Counted from the stretch's first letter, positions 27,146 to 36,362 are shown. The stretch: DNA of 64,000 nt from Alphaproteobacteria bacterium (GCA_022819985.1 JAJEGH010000014.1:8086-72085), one strand, 5' to 3'. Numbers and translations: made by a program. Notes: a model not told the origin generated them from the sequence alone.

Positions 27146-29590
27146 ATGAAGGACCAGGCGCGCGTTGTCGTCATCGGCGGCGGAGTGGTCGGCGTTTCGA
27201 CCCTCTACCATTTGGCGAAAAAGGGCTGGACCGACGTCGTGCTGCTGGAACGGACCGAACTGACGGCGGGCTCGACCTGGCACGCCGCCGGCCTGCTGCC
27301 GCTGTTCAACATGAGCTATTCGGTCGGCCAGCTGCACCAATATTCGGTCAACCTCTACAAGACGCTGGAAGCCGAGACCGGCCAGGACGTCAGCTTCCAC
27401 GTCAACGGCAACCTGCGCCTCGCCACCAACCGCGACCGCATGGACGAATACCGCCTCTACCAGTGCACGGCGGAGACCATCGGCGTCGAATGCGAAATTA
27501 TCGATGTCGAGCGCATCAGGAAGCTGTGGCCGCTGATTAACGCCGAGGGCCTGGTCGGCGCGCTGTGGCACCCGACGGACGGCCATATCGCGCCGGTCGA
27601 CGTCACGATGGCGCTGGCCAGGGGCGCCCGCAACCGCGGCGCGGAGATCCACCAGCACACGACCGTCACGGGGATCGAGCGCGACAGCAGCGAATGGATC
27701 GTCAGGACCGACAAGGGCGACATCCGCTGCGAGCATGTCGTGAGCGCGACCGGCAACTATGCGCGCACCACCGCCCGGATGGTCGGCCTGGAAATCCCGG
27801 CGATCCCGGTGCAGCACCAGTATATCGTCACCGACGTCGATCCCGTCCTGAAGGAATACCGCGAGGCCGGCAATACGGAACTCGCCGTGCTCCGGGAATC
27901 CGACGCCTCCTATTATCTGCGCGAGGAGCGCATGGGCTGGATTCTCGGCCCCTACGAGCGCCACGCGCCGGCCTGCTTCGTCGACGGCGTGCCGGAGAGT
28001 TTCGAGAAGGACCTGTTCCCCGGCGAGCTGGACCGGCTCGTACCCCATGTCGAGGCCGCCATGAACCGGGTGCCGAGCTTCGAGAACGCCGGCATCAAGG
28101 ACATCGTCAACGGCCCGATCGCCTATACGCCCGACGGCAACCCGATGGTCGGCCCGGCCTTCGGCCTGGAGAATTTCTGGCTGTCGGAAGGCCACAGCTT
28201 CGGCATCACCGCGGCCGGCGGCGCCGGCTGGCAGCTCGCCGAATGGATCGTCGACGGCGAACCGACGGTCGACATGATCGGCGTCGATCCGCGACGCTTC
28301 GGCGTGGTCTCGAAGAATTTCGCGAAGATCAAGAACGAGGAGGCCTACGAGCACGTCTTCATCAACCACTATCCGATGGAGGAGCGCGGTCTCGGCCGGC
28401 CGGCCAAGGCGCCGCCCTGCTACGAGCGGCTGGACCGGGCCGGCGCCGTCTGGGGCGCGCGCTTCGGCTGGGAGCGGCCGAACTGGTTCGCGCCCGAAGG
28501 CGTCGAGCGCAAGGACGACTACTCCTACCGCCGTTCCAACTGGTTCCGGCATGTCGGCAACGAGGTCCGCACCATGCGCGAGCGGGTCGGGCTGATGGAG
28601 CTGTCGAGCTTCGCGAAATACCTGGTTGAGGGCCCGGGCGCGCGGGCCTGGCTCGACGGCATGGTGGCGAACAACGTGCCGCGCAAGGTCTCGCGCATGA
28701 CGCTCGCCCACGCGCTCAACCCCTCGGGCTCGGTGCGCAGCGAATTCACCATCCTGCGCCTGCCCGACGGCCTCTATGGCGAGCGCTTCTACCTGGTCGG
28801 CCCCGGCGCGGCCCACGACATGGACTGGGACATCCTCACCCGCCGGGCGCCGCGCGACGGCTCGGTCTTCCTGCAGGACCTGACGACGCAATACGGCGTG
28901 TTCGTGCTCGCCGGCCCGCAGGCCCGCAAGGTGCTGGAGAAGCTGGCCGACGCCGACGTTTCCAACGAGGCCTTCCCGTGGCTGACGGGCCGGGACATCC
29001 CGGTCGGCTACTGCCCGGACGTGCGGGCGCTGAGGGTCAATTTCGTCGGCTCCCTCGGCTGGGAGCTGCACCATCCCATCGAATACCAGATCCATCTCTA
29101 CGACGCGTTGATGGCGGCCGGCGCCGAGTTCGACATCGGTCCCGTCGGCATGCGCGCGATGGATTCGATGCGGCTGGAGAAGAGCTACCGCCTGTTCGGC
29201 ACCGACCTGAACGCCGAGAACAGCGTCCTGGAGGCCGGGCTGGACCGTTTCGTGCGCTTCGACAAGAACGCCGACTTCACCGGCCGCGCGGCGCTGCTCG
29301 CCCAGAAGGAACAGGGCGTGCCCAACGCCTACCGCACCATCGAGATCGACGCCGACGACGCCGACCCCTTCGGCAACGAGCCGGTCTATATCGACGGCGA
29401 GGTGGCCGGCCGGGGCACCGCCGGCGGCTACGGCCACCATGTCGGCAAGAGCCTGCTGCTCGGCTATGTGCGCAGCGACGCGGCGGAGATCGGCCGGGAG
29501 TGCGAAGTCCGGGTCCTCGACCAGCGCCGCCCGGCCCGGATTATCGCCGAAAGCCCCTACGATCCGGACAATGAGGCGCTGCGGGCGTAG
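27146..29590 (+). CDS. Dimethylglycine/sarcosine dehydrogenase-family enzyme (FAD oxidoreductase fused to a GcvT-type folate-binding aminomethyltransferase domain)
   Basis: 814 aa. N-terminal dinucleotide fold VVVIGGGVVGVSTLYHLAKKGW and STWHAAGL. The C-terminal half resembles GcvT (LMELSSFAKYLVEGPGA..., GSLGWELHHP, GYGHHVGKSLLLGYV). Confidence 0.88.
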   Translation: MKDQARVVVIGGGVVGVSTLYHLAKKGWTDVVLLERTELTAGSTWHAAGLLPLFNMSYSVGQLHQYSVNLYKTLEAETGQDVSFHVNGNLRLATNRDRMDEYRLYQCTAETIGVECEIIDVERIRKLWPLINAEGLVGALWHPTDGHIAPVDVTMALARGARNRGAEIHQHTTVTGIERDSSEWIVRTDKGDIRCEHVVSATGNYARTTARMVGLEIPAIPVQHQYIVTDVDPVLKEYREAGNTELAVLRESDASYYLREERMGWILGPYERHAPACFVDGVPESFEKDLFPGELDRLVPHVEAAMNRVPSFENAGIKDIVNGPIAYTPDGNPMVGPAFGLENFWLSEGHSFGITAAGGAGWQLAEWIVDGEPTVDMIGVDPRRFGVVSKNFAKIKNEEAYEHVFINHYPMEERGLGRPAKAPPCYERLDRAGAVWGARFGWERPNWFAPEGVERKDDYSYRRSNWFRHVGNEVRTMRERVGLMELSSFAKYLVEGPGARAWLDGMVANNVPRKVSRMTLAHALNPSGSVRSEFTILRLPDGLYGERFYLVGPGAAHDMDWDILTRRAPRDGSVFLQDLTTQYGVFVLAGPQARKVLEKLADADVSNEAFPWLTGRDIPVGYCPDVRALRVNFVGSLGWELHHPIEYQIHLYDALMAAGAEFDIGPVGMRAMDSMRLEKSYRLFGTDLNAENSVLEAGLDRFVRFDKNADFTGRAALLAQKEQGVPNAYRTIEIDADDADPFGNEPVYIDGEVAGRGTAGGYGHHVGKSLLLGYVRSDAAEIGRECEVRVLDQRRPARIIAESPYDPDNEALRA

Positions 29591-29912
29591 AGCGCCAATT
29601 CCATGTTTGCGGCTATCCTGCCCTGAAATCCCCTGGAGCGAACCTTTCGAATTATGGTTCTTCCGGCGGCCTCCGCGACAAATGAAAAAGATGGGGTTGT
29701 GAGCTGATTTGAAATTCCGGTCCGGGCAGAGCCCGATGTCGCCCCGGCGGGCCGCCGTTTTCCCCTCGTTGCCGCCCCGGCCGGAGCGGAGCGGAGAGCC
29801 GGGGCCCAGTGTCGCCGGCACGGCCTGCGCTTGTGGCTCTGGGCCCCGGATCGTCGCTGCGCTCCGTCCGGGGAAGCAATAATGGGAGGGGTGGCGATGA
29901 GGAAGCGGCAGT

Positions 29913-30695
29913 TCAGACTTTCGAGAAATCCGGACACCATTTCAGGATGCCGTCCCTGTAGCTCTGCCTGTCCCGAACGGCCGCCGCCCAGCGCGAGATG
30001 TTCGGGTAGTCCTCGAACGGATAGCCGCATCCAATGAGCACGAAGTGCAGGGGGATCCAGGAAATATCGGCCAGGGTGAACCGGTCGCCCATAATCCATT
30101 TCCGGTCCTCCAGCGTGTTTTCGAGCCTGGCGAAACACGTCTCCAGTATCCCGCGCGCCCTGGCGATATCCGCCTCGCCGAACGCGCTGTCGCCGGCATG
30201 CTTGGCGTGAAACTCTTTCAGCTCCTCGTTTTTCTGTAGTTCGTCGTACTTTTCCTGTTCCTCGGCGGTCTTCTTCAGCTTCGTCTGCATCCTGGTCGCG
30301 TAGACATACGGCTTGACGGCCGGCACATGGATGGACGCGGCAAGACGAAGCCACTCCAGCATCCCGTCTTCCCCGTCTTCCCCGTCTTCATGGCCTGTCG
30401 CGCGCAGCGAGGGTTCGGGGTAAGTCCGGTCGAGATAGTCGATGATGTCGTTGGACTCGATATGGACGACGCCGTTGTCGATCAGGGTCGGCACCAGACC
30501 GTTGGGATTGATGCCGAAATACGCATCCGAAACGTTCTCTTTCCGCTTCAGGTCGAGGTGATGGCTGGTCCACGGCAGACCCTTCTCGATCAGCGTCATG
30601 CGGACCCGCATCGAGCAGTTCGAGATATCGCCGTGGTAAAGGTGGATCCCCTCGAGCGTTTCCACGGACTTGTCGGCCGGGACGATCACCGCCAT
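29913..30695 (-). CDS. Glutathione S-transferase family protein
   Basis: The ATG at 30695 gives MAVIVPADK.... The N-terminal thioredoxin-like domain contains INPNGLVPTL..VHIESNDII, and there is a C-terminal helical domain. Contains an EDGEDGEDG insertion encoded by a 9-nt tandem repeat. Confidence 0.82.
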   Translation of the reverse strand: MAVIVPADKSVETLEGIHLYHGDISNCSMRVRMTLIEKGLPWTSHHLDLKRKENVSDAYFGINPNGLVPTLIDNGVVHIESNDIIDYLDRTYPEPSLRATGHEDGEDGEDGMLEWLRLAASIHVPAVKPYVYATRMQTKLKKTAEEQEKYDELQKNEELKEFHAKHAGDSAFGEADIARARGILETCFARLENTLEDRKWIMGDRFTLADISWIPLHFVLIGCGYPFEDYPNISRWAAAVRDRQSYRDGILKWCPDFSKV

Positions 30696-30804
30696 GGGAA
30701 GGCTCTCCGATGCTTTTGCGCGGCGGATCCCGAAGACGGCGCCCCGCACGGCCCCTGCAATCGCCGTTCAATCCGCTCGACCGAAAGGGACGCGATGAGG
30801 GAAG

Positions 30805-31380
30805 CTACTCGTTCTTGGTCATCAGATCCGCGACGTTGAGGTTCTTGCCGACCCGGTGGAACGGGCGGCCGGCATCGCTGACCGCCACGACGACGACGAT
30901 TTCGTCGCCCCGCGGAGCGTCCGTGACCGAAACCTGCATCGCGTCGAAATGGCTGAATGTCCACATTTCGTCCTTGTGATGCAGCGGGCAGTCGATCGCC
31001 GTGCCCGGCCCGCCGATCTTCTTGGTCGACGGCATGATCGACTTCGCCGGGCCGACGATCTCGCGCACCGGCTTGCCCATCGTGGGATGCATCACCGCCG
31101 CCGCGTGTTCGCGTTCTCCCTTCACACCGACGATCGCCGCCTTGCCGTAGCTCGTAACCGACGCCCCGTCGATGCCAAGCGCGTCGATCGCGCGCTGCAC
31201 CAGGAGAGCGCCGAGCGCGGCGCCGGCCTGCTGCAACTCCTCCAGTTCCTCGTCGTAGATCCCGGCATAGGGGTTCGCGATCACGGCGATCGCGGCGGCC
31301 TGGCGGGTCGCCGGCTCCACCGGCCGGTCGAGTTCGCGCCGGGTCTCCTCGACGACGGTGACGATCTTGCGGATCTTCAT
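30805..31380 (-). CDS. Amino acid synthesis family protein (DUF1185-like)
   Basis: 191 aa. MKIRKIVTVVEETRRE...AAIAVIANPYAGIYDEEL...YGKAAIVGVKGEREHAAA matches my recollection of this family. Assigned from memory only. Confidence 0.65.
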   Translation of the reverse strand: MKIRKIVTVVEETRRELDRPVEPATRQAAAIAVIANPYAGIYDEELEELQQAGAALGALLVQRAIDALGIDGASVTSYGKAAIVGVKGEREHAAAVMHPTMGKPVREIVGPAKSIMPSTKKIGGPGTAIDCPLHHKDEMWTFSHFDAMQVSVTDAPRGDEIVVVVAVSDAGRPFHRVGKNLNVADLMTKNE

Positions 31381-31505
31381 CCCGTTTTCTCCCGATCGTG
31401 GCAGGCATGACTCGTCCCGGGCACTATGCCATCGCCCAGGCCCGTTGCAACGCCTGCGTTAGGCAAATTCCGACCCCGTCGCTTTCGCAGCGCCAGGCAA
31501 AGGCC

Positions 31506-31976
31506 TCAATCCCCCGCAAAGGCGATCAACCGCCCGCAGACGAGCGCGCCCGACCAGCAGACCGTCGAGAGGATGGCGTGACCGGCCAGGCGGGCGCGCG
31601 GAGCGTCCTTGAGCAGGAACCCGTGAGCCCGGCACAGCGCGAGCGTGGACAGGACCCCGACCGCGATGAAGATCAGCTTGAGCTGGAGGAATCCGATATC
31701 GCTGTATTCCCGCGCCCGGACTGCGAACAGCAGCGGTCCCGTGAGCAGGGCAAGAACCAGCCCGGCGGCCGCGACCGGCGCGAGCACCCGCACCACCGCT
31801 TCGCGGGAGATGCCGCGCCACACGCCGAGAAGTCGCAGATTGAGCGGGACGACGGACCCGACCAGCAGGGCGATGGCGAAGATGTGCGCCGCGTTGACGC
31901 CGGCATAGAGCCAGCGGGAACTCCGCAGGGATTGCGCCAGGGTCGTCCCCTCGAGCGCTGCGAACAGGACCTCCAA
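31506..31976 (-). CDS. Hypothetical integral membrane protein (about 4 TM segments)
   Basis: 156 aa of hydrophobic segments. A 4-nt gap separates it from the upstream small secreted protein gene, suggesting an operon. Confidence 0.6.
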   Translation of the reverse strand: MEVLFAALEGTTLAQSLRSSRWLYAGVNAAHIFAIALLVGSVVPLNLRLLGVWRGISREAVVRVLAPVAAAGLVLALLTGPLLFAVRAREYSDIGFLQLKLIFIAVGVLSTLALCRAHGFLLKDAPRARLAGHAILSTVCWSGALVCGRLIAFAGD

Positions 31977-31980
31977 GATC

Positions 31981-32349
31981 TCAGTCGCGCCCGGGATAAA
32001 GGACGTATTCCCGTTTGCCGAGGAACAGCCGTTCCACCTTCACCCGTTTTTCCGACACATCGGCGGCCGGCTCGCCGATCACCCGGATTTCGACCCCTTC
32101 GGCCAGATCGCCGTCCCTGAGGCCGGCGCGTCGGTTGCGCCAGGGCTGGCCGACCTCGACCGTCCACTCCTCGCCCTCCACATCGACCTTCAGGACGCCG
32201 TGGGGATTGCCCAAGCGGACGGTCTTGATAATGCCGGTCAGATCGATATTGCCGCCGGTCGTCCACGACCAGCCGTGATGGGCCAGGACCCCGGCCGCCG
32301 GAGCCGCGAGCCCCAGGGCCAGGACCGCGATGAACAGGAACCTCGTCAT
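31981..32349 (-). CDS. Small secreted hypothetical protein
   Basis: The ATG at 32349 gives the signal peptide MTRFLFIAVLALGLAAPAAGVLA, followed by HHGWSW. The ORF opens at 32370. Confidence 0.6.
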   Translation of the reverse strand: MTRFLFIAVLALGLAAPAAGVLAHHGWSWTTGGNIDLTGIIKTVRLGNPHGVLKVDVEGEEWTVEVGQPWRNRRAGLRDGDLAEGVEIRVIGEPAADVSEKRVKVERLFLGKREYVLYPGRD

Positions 32350-32568
32350 GGTGCGCCTCCGATGCCTCAAGCGTTACCGGCAAGGTTGCGTCACACGGCC
32401 GGACATTCAAGCCGGCGCGTCCCGGATAACCTTCACGACCGTGGCGATCGTACCCGACCCGCCCGGGAACGGGGTGCCGCGAGATCCGGCATCGGCTATT
32501 GGACGGGGCCGGACATCTCGAACGGGGCGGTCCGGGTCAAGCCGCAGCTCGAAGGCGAACCGTTATCG

Positions 32569-33444
32569 ATGGAGCATTCTTCAATGACCGAATCCCGTCC
32601 CAGACTCACGATTCCGGATCTCGCCGCCAAAAAGGCGGCGGGCGAGCGCCTCGCGATGGTGGCGGTCGGCGAATGCCTGACCGCGGCTTGGGCGGAGCGG
32701 GCCGGAATCGATATCCTGGGCGTCGGAGACAGCCTCGGCATGACGCTCTATGGACACGAGAACACGCTGCCTATGACCGTCGACCAGATGATCGAGCACA
32801 CCAGGGCCGTCCGCCGCGGCGCGCCGAACACATTCTGCCTCGTTTCCATGCCCTACGGCTCCTACGCCACCGCCGACCTGGCGGTGACGAACGCCGTGCG
32901 GATGATGAAGGAAAGCGGCGCCGAGGCGGTGAAGCTGCAGGGCGGGCGCGAGATGTTCGACGTCATCAAGGCCGTCGCCGACGCCGGCGTGCCGGTCATG
33001 AGCCATGTCGGGCTGCTGCCGCACTATGTGCATCGGTTCGGCGGCTTCAAAATGCAGGGCCGCACCGTGGAGGACGCGCTGAAGATCGTCGACAACGCCC
33101 GGGCTATCGAAGAGGCCGGCGCCATCGGCCTGGAGATCGAGGCGATGCCCTACGAGGTCGGCAAGGCCGTCGACGACGCGGTGAGCATCTTCACTTTCTC
33201 CATCGGCGCCGGCTCCGCGGGCACTTGCCAGCTCCTCAACGGCTACGACCTGATCGGCGCCTTCGATACGTTCAAGCCGAAATTCGCCAAGCGCTACGGC
33301 AACATCGCCGAAATCGCGACCGAGGCCTTCGCCCGGTACGCCGGGGAGGTCCGGGCCGGAGCCTTCCCGGACGAGGACCACAGCTACAAGATGAAGCCCG
33401 AAGAGGCGGCCAGGTTCGCCGAAGCCCTGAAGGCGGGCATCTGA
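32569..33444 (+). CDS. panB: 3-methyl-2-oxobutanoate hydroxymethyltransferase (PanB family)
   Basis: MVAVGECLTAAWAERAGIDILGVGDSLGMTLYGHENTLPMTVDQMIEHTRAVRRG..., KLQGG, HVGLLPH. Start is 32569 or 32584; the upstream part of the track ORF is rejected. Confidence 0.86.
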   Translation: MEHSSMTESRPRLTIPDLAAKKAAGERLAMVAVGECLTAAWAERAGIDILGVGDSLGMTLYGHENTLPMTVDQMIEHTRAVRRGAPNTFCLVSMPYGSYATADLAVTNAVRMMKESGAEAVKLQGGREMFDVIKAVADAGVPVMSHVGLLPHYVHRFGGFKMQGRTVEDALKIVDNARAIEEAGAIGLEIEAMPYEVGKAVDDAVSIFTFSIGAGSAGTCQLLNGYDLIGAFDTFKPKFAKRYGNIAEIATEAFARYAGEVRAGAFPDEDHSYKMKPEEAARFAEALKAGI

Positions 33445-33544
33445 CGCGCCGGCCGAAAGTCCGATCGCTCATACGATACGGTGTCCGGGAAATGCATTAC
33501 GGGGCGCCCCACCGTATGTTGCGCGCCCGAGGAGGAACACTGCC

Positions 33545-34183
33545 ATGGACGACAAAGACAAACCCGGCCTCGACGCTTCCTACGGTTCGGGCTCGGCGGA
33601 AGAAAACCGCCGCGTCTATCGCGACTGGGCGGCGACCTACGACGAGGAATTCGCCGGGCACAGCGGATACCGGTTCGGCAGGCTGATCGCCGAGGCCTTT
33701 GTCGATGCGGGCGGAAGCGGTCCCGTCCTCGACGCCGGGTGCGGGACGGGCCTGGTCGCCGATCGCCTGCCGGCCTCCATCGTCGTCGATGGCGTCGATC
33801 TTTCGCCGGACATGCTTGCCGTCGCCGACGGCAAAGGACGGTACCGAACGCTCGTCGAGGCCGACCTGACGAAGCCCCTGCCGTTCGAAGACGGCGCGTA
33901 CAATGGCCTGACCTGCGCGGGCACGTTCACGCAGGGCCATGTCGGACCGGAGGCGCTGGCCGGGCTGCTGCGCGTGCTCCGGCCCGGCGCGGTCTGCGCG
34001 ATCAGCATCAAGCTGCCCTTTTACGACACCGCGGGATTTGCCAGGGAGTTCGAGGCGCTTGGTTCCGGGAAGGTCATATCCCGGCCGGCCGTCCGCGAGG
34101 AGCGCGTCTACAGCGCCGACTCGACGCCGCCGGCAGGTCACGAGAACGATCTCGCCTACATCGTCACGTTCCGGAAGACCTGA
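33545..34183 (+). CDS. Class I SAM-dependent methyltransferase
   Basis: 212 aa. Motif I VLDAGCGTGLV, followed by GVDLSPDML and the post-I/II pattern. Confidence 0.8.
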   Translation: MDDKDKPGLDASYGSGSAEENRRVYRDWAATYDEEFAGHSGYRFGRLIAEAFVDAGGSGPVLDAGCGTGLVADRLPASIVVDGVDLSPDMLAVADGKGRYRTLVEADLTKPLPFEDGAYNGLTCAGTFTQGHVGPEALAGLLRVLRPGAVCAISIKLPFYDTAGFAREFEALGSGKVISRPAVREERVYSADSTPPAGHENDLAYIVTFRKT

Positions 34184-34247
34184 CTTGCCGCGCAATTGCA
34201 GAACATGCATTTCCTGACATCGCTGCACTCGAAACGGAGGTCCGGCC

Positions 34248-35828
34248 ATGAGCGAAGAACGCGGCAGGAAGCCCGGAGAGCGGGCCGGACGGGCCGGGCG
34301 GCGGTCCGGCAGGGCCGGCGGCGGCCGGGAAAGCCGGCGCGCGGCGCGGACCGCCGGGCCGGTCGAGCAGCTGCGCGCGATCCGGCGCAAAATCCCCAGG
34401 GTCGAGCTGCTGTCGGCCGAGGGGCTGGAGCTTATCGAGCATAACGCCGACACGATCCTGGAAGAGGTCGGCATCGAGTTCCACGACGATCCGGAATGTC
34501 TGGAGATGTTCCGCGATGCCGGCGCGGACGTTGACGAAACGCGCGTCCGTTTTCCGCGCGGCCTCGCCCGGCAACTGTGCTCGACCGCGCCGGCGCAATA
34601 CACCCAGCACGCGCGCAACCCGGAACGCTCGGTGGAGATCGGCGGCGACCACACGGTGTTCGCGCCGGTCTACGGCCCGCCCTTCGTGCGCGACCTCGAC
34701 CGGGGCCGGCGCTACGGCACCATCGAGGATTTCCGCAACTTTGTGAAGCTCGCGTACCTGTCGCCCGCCCTGCACCATTCGGGCGGGACGGTGTGCGAGC
34801 CGGTCGACGTGCCGATCGCCAAGCGGCATCTCGACATGGTCTACGCGCATATGCGCCTTTCGGACAAACCCTTCATGGGCTCGGTCACCCATCCGGAGCG
34901 CGCCGCCGACACCGTCGCCATGGCGAAGATCCTGTTCGGCGACGACTTCGTCGACGAAAACTGCGTCTGCACCAGCCTGATCAACGCCAATTCGCCCATG
35001 GTGTTCGACGCCACCATGCTGGGCGCGCTCAAGACCTATGCCAAAGCCGGCCAGGCGACGGTGGTCAGCCCCTTCATCCTGGCCGGCGCCATGGCGCCCG
35101 TAACCGTCGCCGGCGTGATGGCCCAGACGCTGGCCGAGGCGATGGCCGGCATCGCCGTGACCCAGCTCTGCCGGCCGGGGACGCCGGTGGTGTTCGGCAG
35201 CTTCTCGAGCTCGATCTCCATGCAGTCCGGCGCGCCGACCTTCGGCACCCCGGAGCCGGCGCTCGCCCTGTTCGGCCTGGCGGCGCTGGCGCGCCGGCTC
35301 GGCCTGCCCTTCCGCAACGGCGGTTCGCTCTGCGCCTCGAAGCTGCCGGACGCCCAGGCAGCCTACGAAAGCGCGAACACGCTGATGCCGACGGTATTGG
35401 CCGGGGTGAATTTCGTGCTCCACGCCGCCGGCTGGCTCGAAGGCGGGCTGGCGTCGAGCTACGAGAAGCTGGTCATGGACGCCGACCAGCTCGCCCTGCA
35501 CCAGGTGATCGCCGGCGGCTACGACCTGTCGGAGAACGGCCAGGCGCTGAGCGCGGTGCGCGAGGTCGGCCCGGGCAGCCACTATCTCGGCTGCCAACAT
35601 ACCCAGGACAATTTCGAGACCGCCTTCTGGCGCTCGGCGGTCGCGGACAACAACAGCTTCGAGCAATGGCAGAGCGACGGTTCGAAGGACATCGTCGCGC
35701 GCGCCAACGAGCGCTGGAAGGCCATGCTGGCGAGCTACGAGGCGCCGCCGATCGACCCGGCGATCGACGAGGCGCTGATCGCGTTCATCGCGAAGAAAAA
35801 GGAGAGCCTGCCCGACGGGATCGGGTGA
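34248..35828 (+). CDS. MttB-superfamily (trimethylamine methyltransferase family) protein, non-pyrrolysine type
   Basis: 526 aa, uninterrupted (no in-frame TAG). Family-typical blocks: LSAEGLELIEHNADTILEEVGIEF, FAPVYGPPFV.D, NANSPMVFD, SPFILAGAMAPVT, GAPTFGTPE, KLVMDADQL, GPGSHYLG..HT. Arg-rich N-terminal extension. Confidence 0.9.
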   Translation: MSEERGRKPGERAGRAGRRSGRAGGGRESRRAARTAGPVEQLRAIRRKIPRVELLSAEGLELIEHNADTILEEVGIEFHDDPECLEMFRDAGADVDETRVRFPRGLARQLCSTAPAQYTQHARNPERSVEIGGDHTVFAPVYGPPFVRDLDRGRRYGTIEDFRNFVKLAYLSPALHHSGGTVCEPVDVPIAKRHLDMVYAHMRLSDKPFMGSVTHPERAADTVAMAKILFGDDFVDENCVCTSLINANSPMVFDATMLGALKTYAKAGQATVVSPFILAGAMAPVTVAGVMAQTLAEAMAGIAVTQLCRPGTPVVFGSFSSSISMQSGAPTFGTPEPALALFGLAALARRLGLPFRNGGSLCASKLPDAQAAYESANTLMPTVLAGVNFVLHAAGWLEGGLASSYEKLVMDADQLALHQVIAGGYDLSENGQALSAVREVGPGSHYLGCQHTQDNFETAFWRSAVADNNSFEQWQSDGSKDIVARANERWKAMLASYEAPPIDPAIDEALIAFIAKKKESLPDGIG

Positions 35829-36008
35829 GCGGCCTTCGGGACGGCACCGGCGCGCTCTTTTGGCGCCCTCCTCAGGATTGCTCTGCGGAAGGGAGCGCCG
35901 GCCGCAGGTTGGCATTCTTTTTTTGAACAATCATTCCAGTATATTTTCTCCGCAAACGCTGTTTTTTCCGCAGTTTTCCATCGTTTTTCCGCGGTCATAC
36001 CGAATTAG

Positions 36009-36022
36009 ACAGACCGGTCTGT
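36009..36022. promoter_or_regulatory. Perfect 14-bp palindrome ACAGACCGGTCTGT in an AT-rich patch with phased T-tracts
   Basis: Read directly from the sequence. Embedded in TTAGACAGACCGGTCTGTATTTTGATATTTTTTTGCA. T-tracts around 35962, 35974 and 35984 are spaced 10-12 nt apart. Confidence 0.4.
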
Positions 36023-36184
36023 ATTTTGATATTTTTTTGCACTTTGAAGCTCTCGAATCGCTCGAAGACCGCAGAAACGCTGGGAAGTCGCGATTCGGGG
36101 GGCCGCAAAAAAATTCCTGGCAGGAAATATTCCATATTCCGCTCCGAGCGATGGCCCGCGTCCCGAACCCGCCTCCCCCTTTAT

Positions 36185-36362
36185 CGTCATTTCGACCGGA
36201 GCCCCGGCCCCCGGCCGGGGCGGAGTGGAGAAATCTGGCCCGCGCTCCATCGACGCCGCAGGGCTGTGCCTGTGGCCGGCCTTCGTCGCCGGCCGGATTT
36301 CTCCGCTCGCTTCGCTCGGTCGAAATGACGGGTGGGCGGTGCGCTCCGGTCGGAATGACGGA
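36185..36362. repeat. REP/MITE-like inverted-repeat element (CGTCATTTCGACCGG ... CGGTCGAAATGACG) with an extra half-site
   Basis: The left arm at 36185-36240 (CGTCATTTCGACCGGAG...GGAGTGGAGAAATCTGGCC) pairs with the right arm at 36291-36330 (GGCCGGATTTCTCCGCTC...CGGTCGAAATGACG). A third copy, CGGTCGGAATGACG, lies at 36347-36360. Confidence 0.6.

Noticed and set aside
27023-29821. A 932-aa minus-strand ORF spanning the dimethylglycine-dehydrogenase-family gene.
   Set aside because: It is antisense to a CDS with unmistakable FAD and GcvT motifs. Its translation is R/A/G/P/H-rich with no recognisable domain. This is a typical shadow ORF of high-GC DNA.
32371-32568. A possible folate/ZTP-type riboswitch in the 200-nt leader upstream of the PanB-family gene.
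   Set aside because: I could not identify the conserved ZTP (…CCGCCUGGGC…) or THF riboswitch cores. GGGGCGGTCCGGGTCA is only vaguely similar. This is left as an unsupported idea.
34248-35828. An in-frame amber (pyrrolysine) codon or split ORF in the MttB homologue.
   Set aside because: The ORF is continuous over 526 codons with no internal TAG, and no pylTSBCD genes are in the window. It is a non-Pyl family member.
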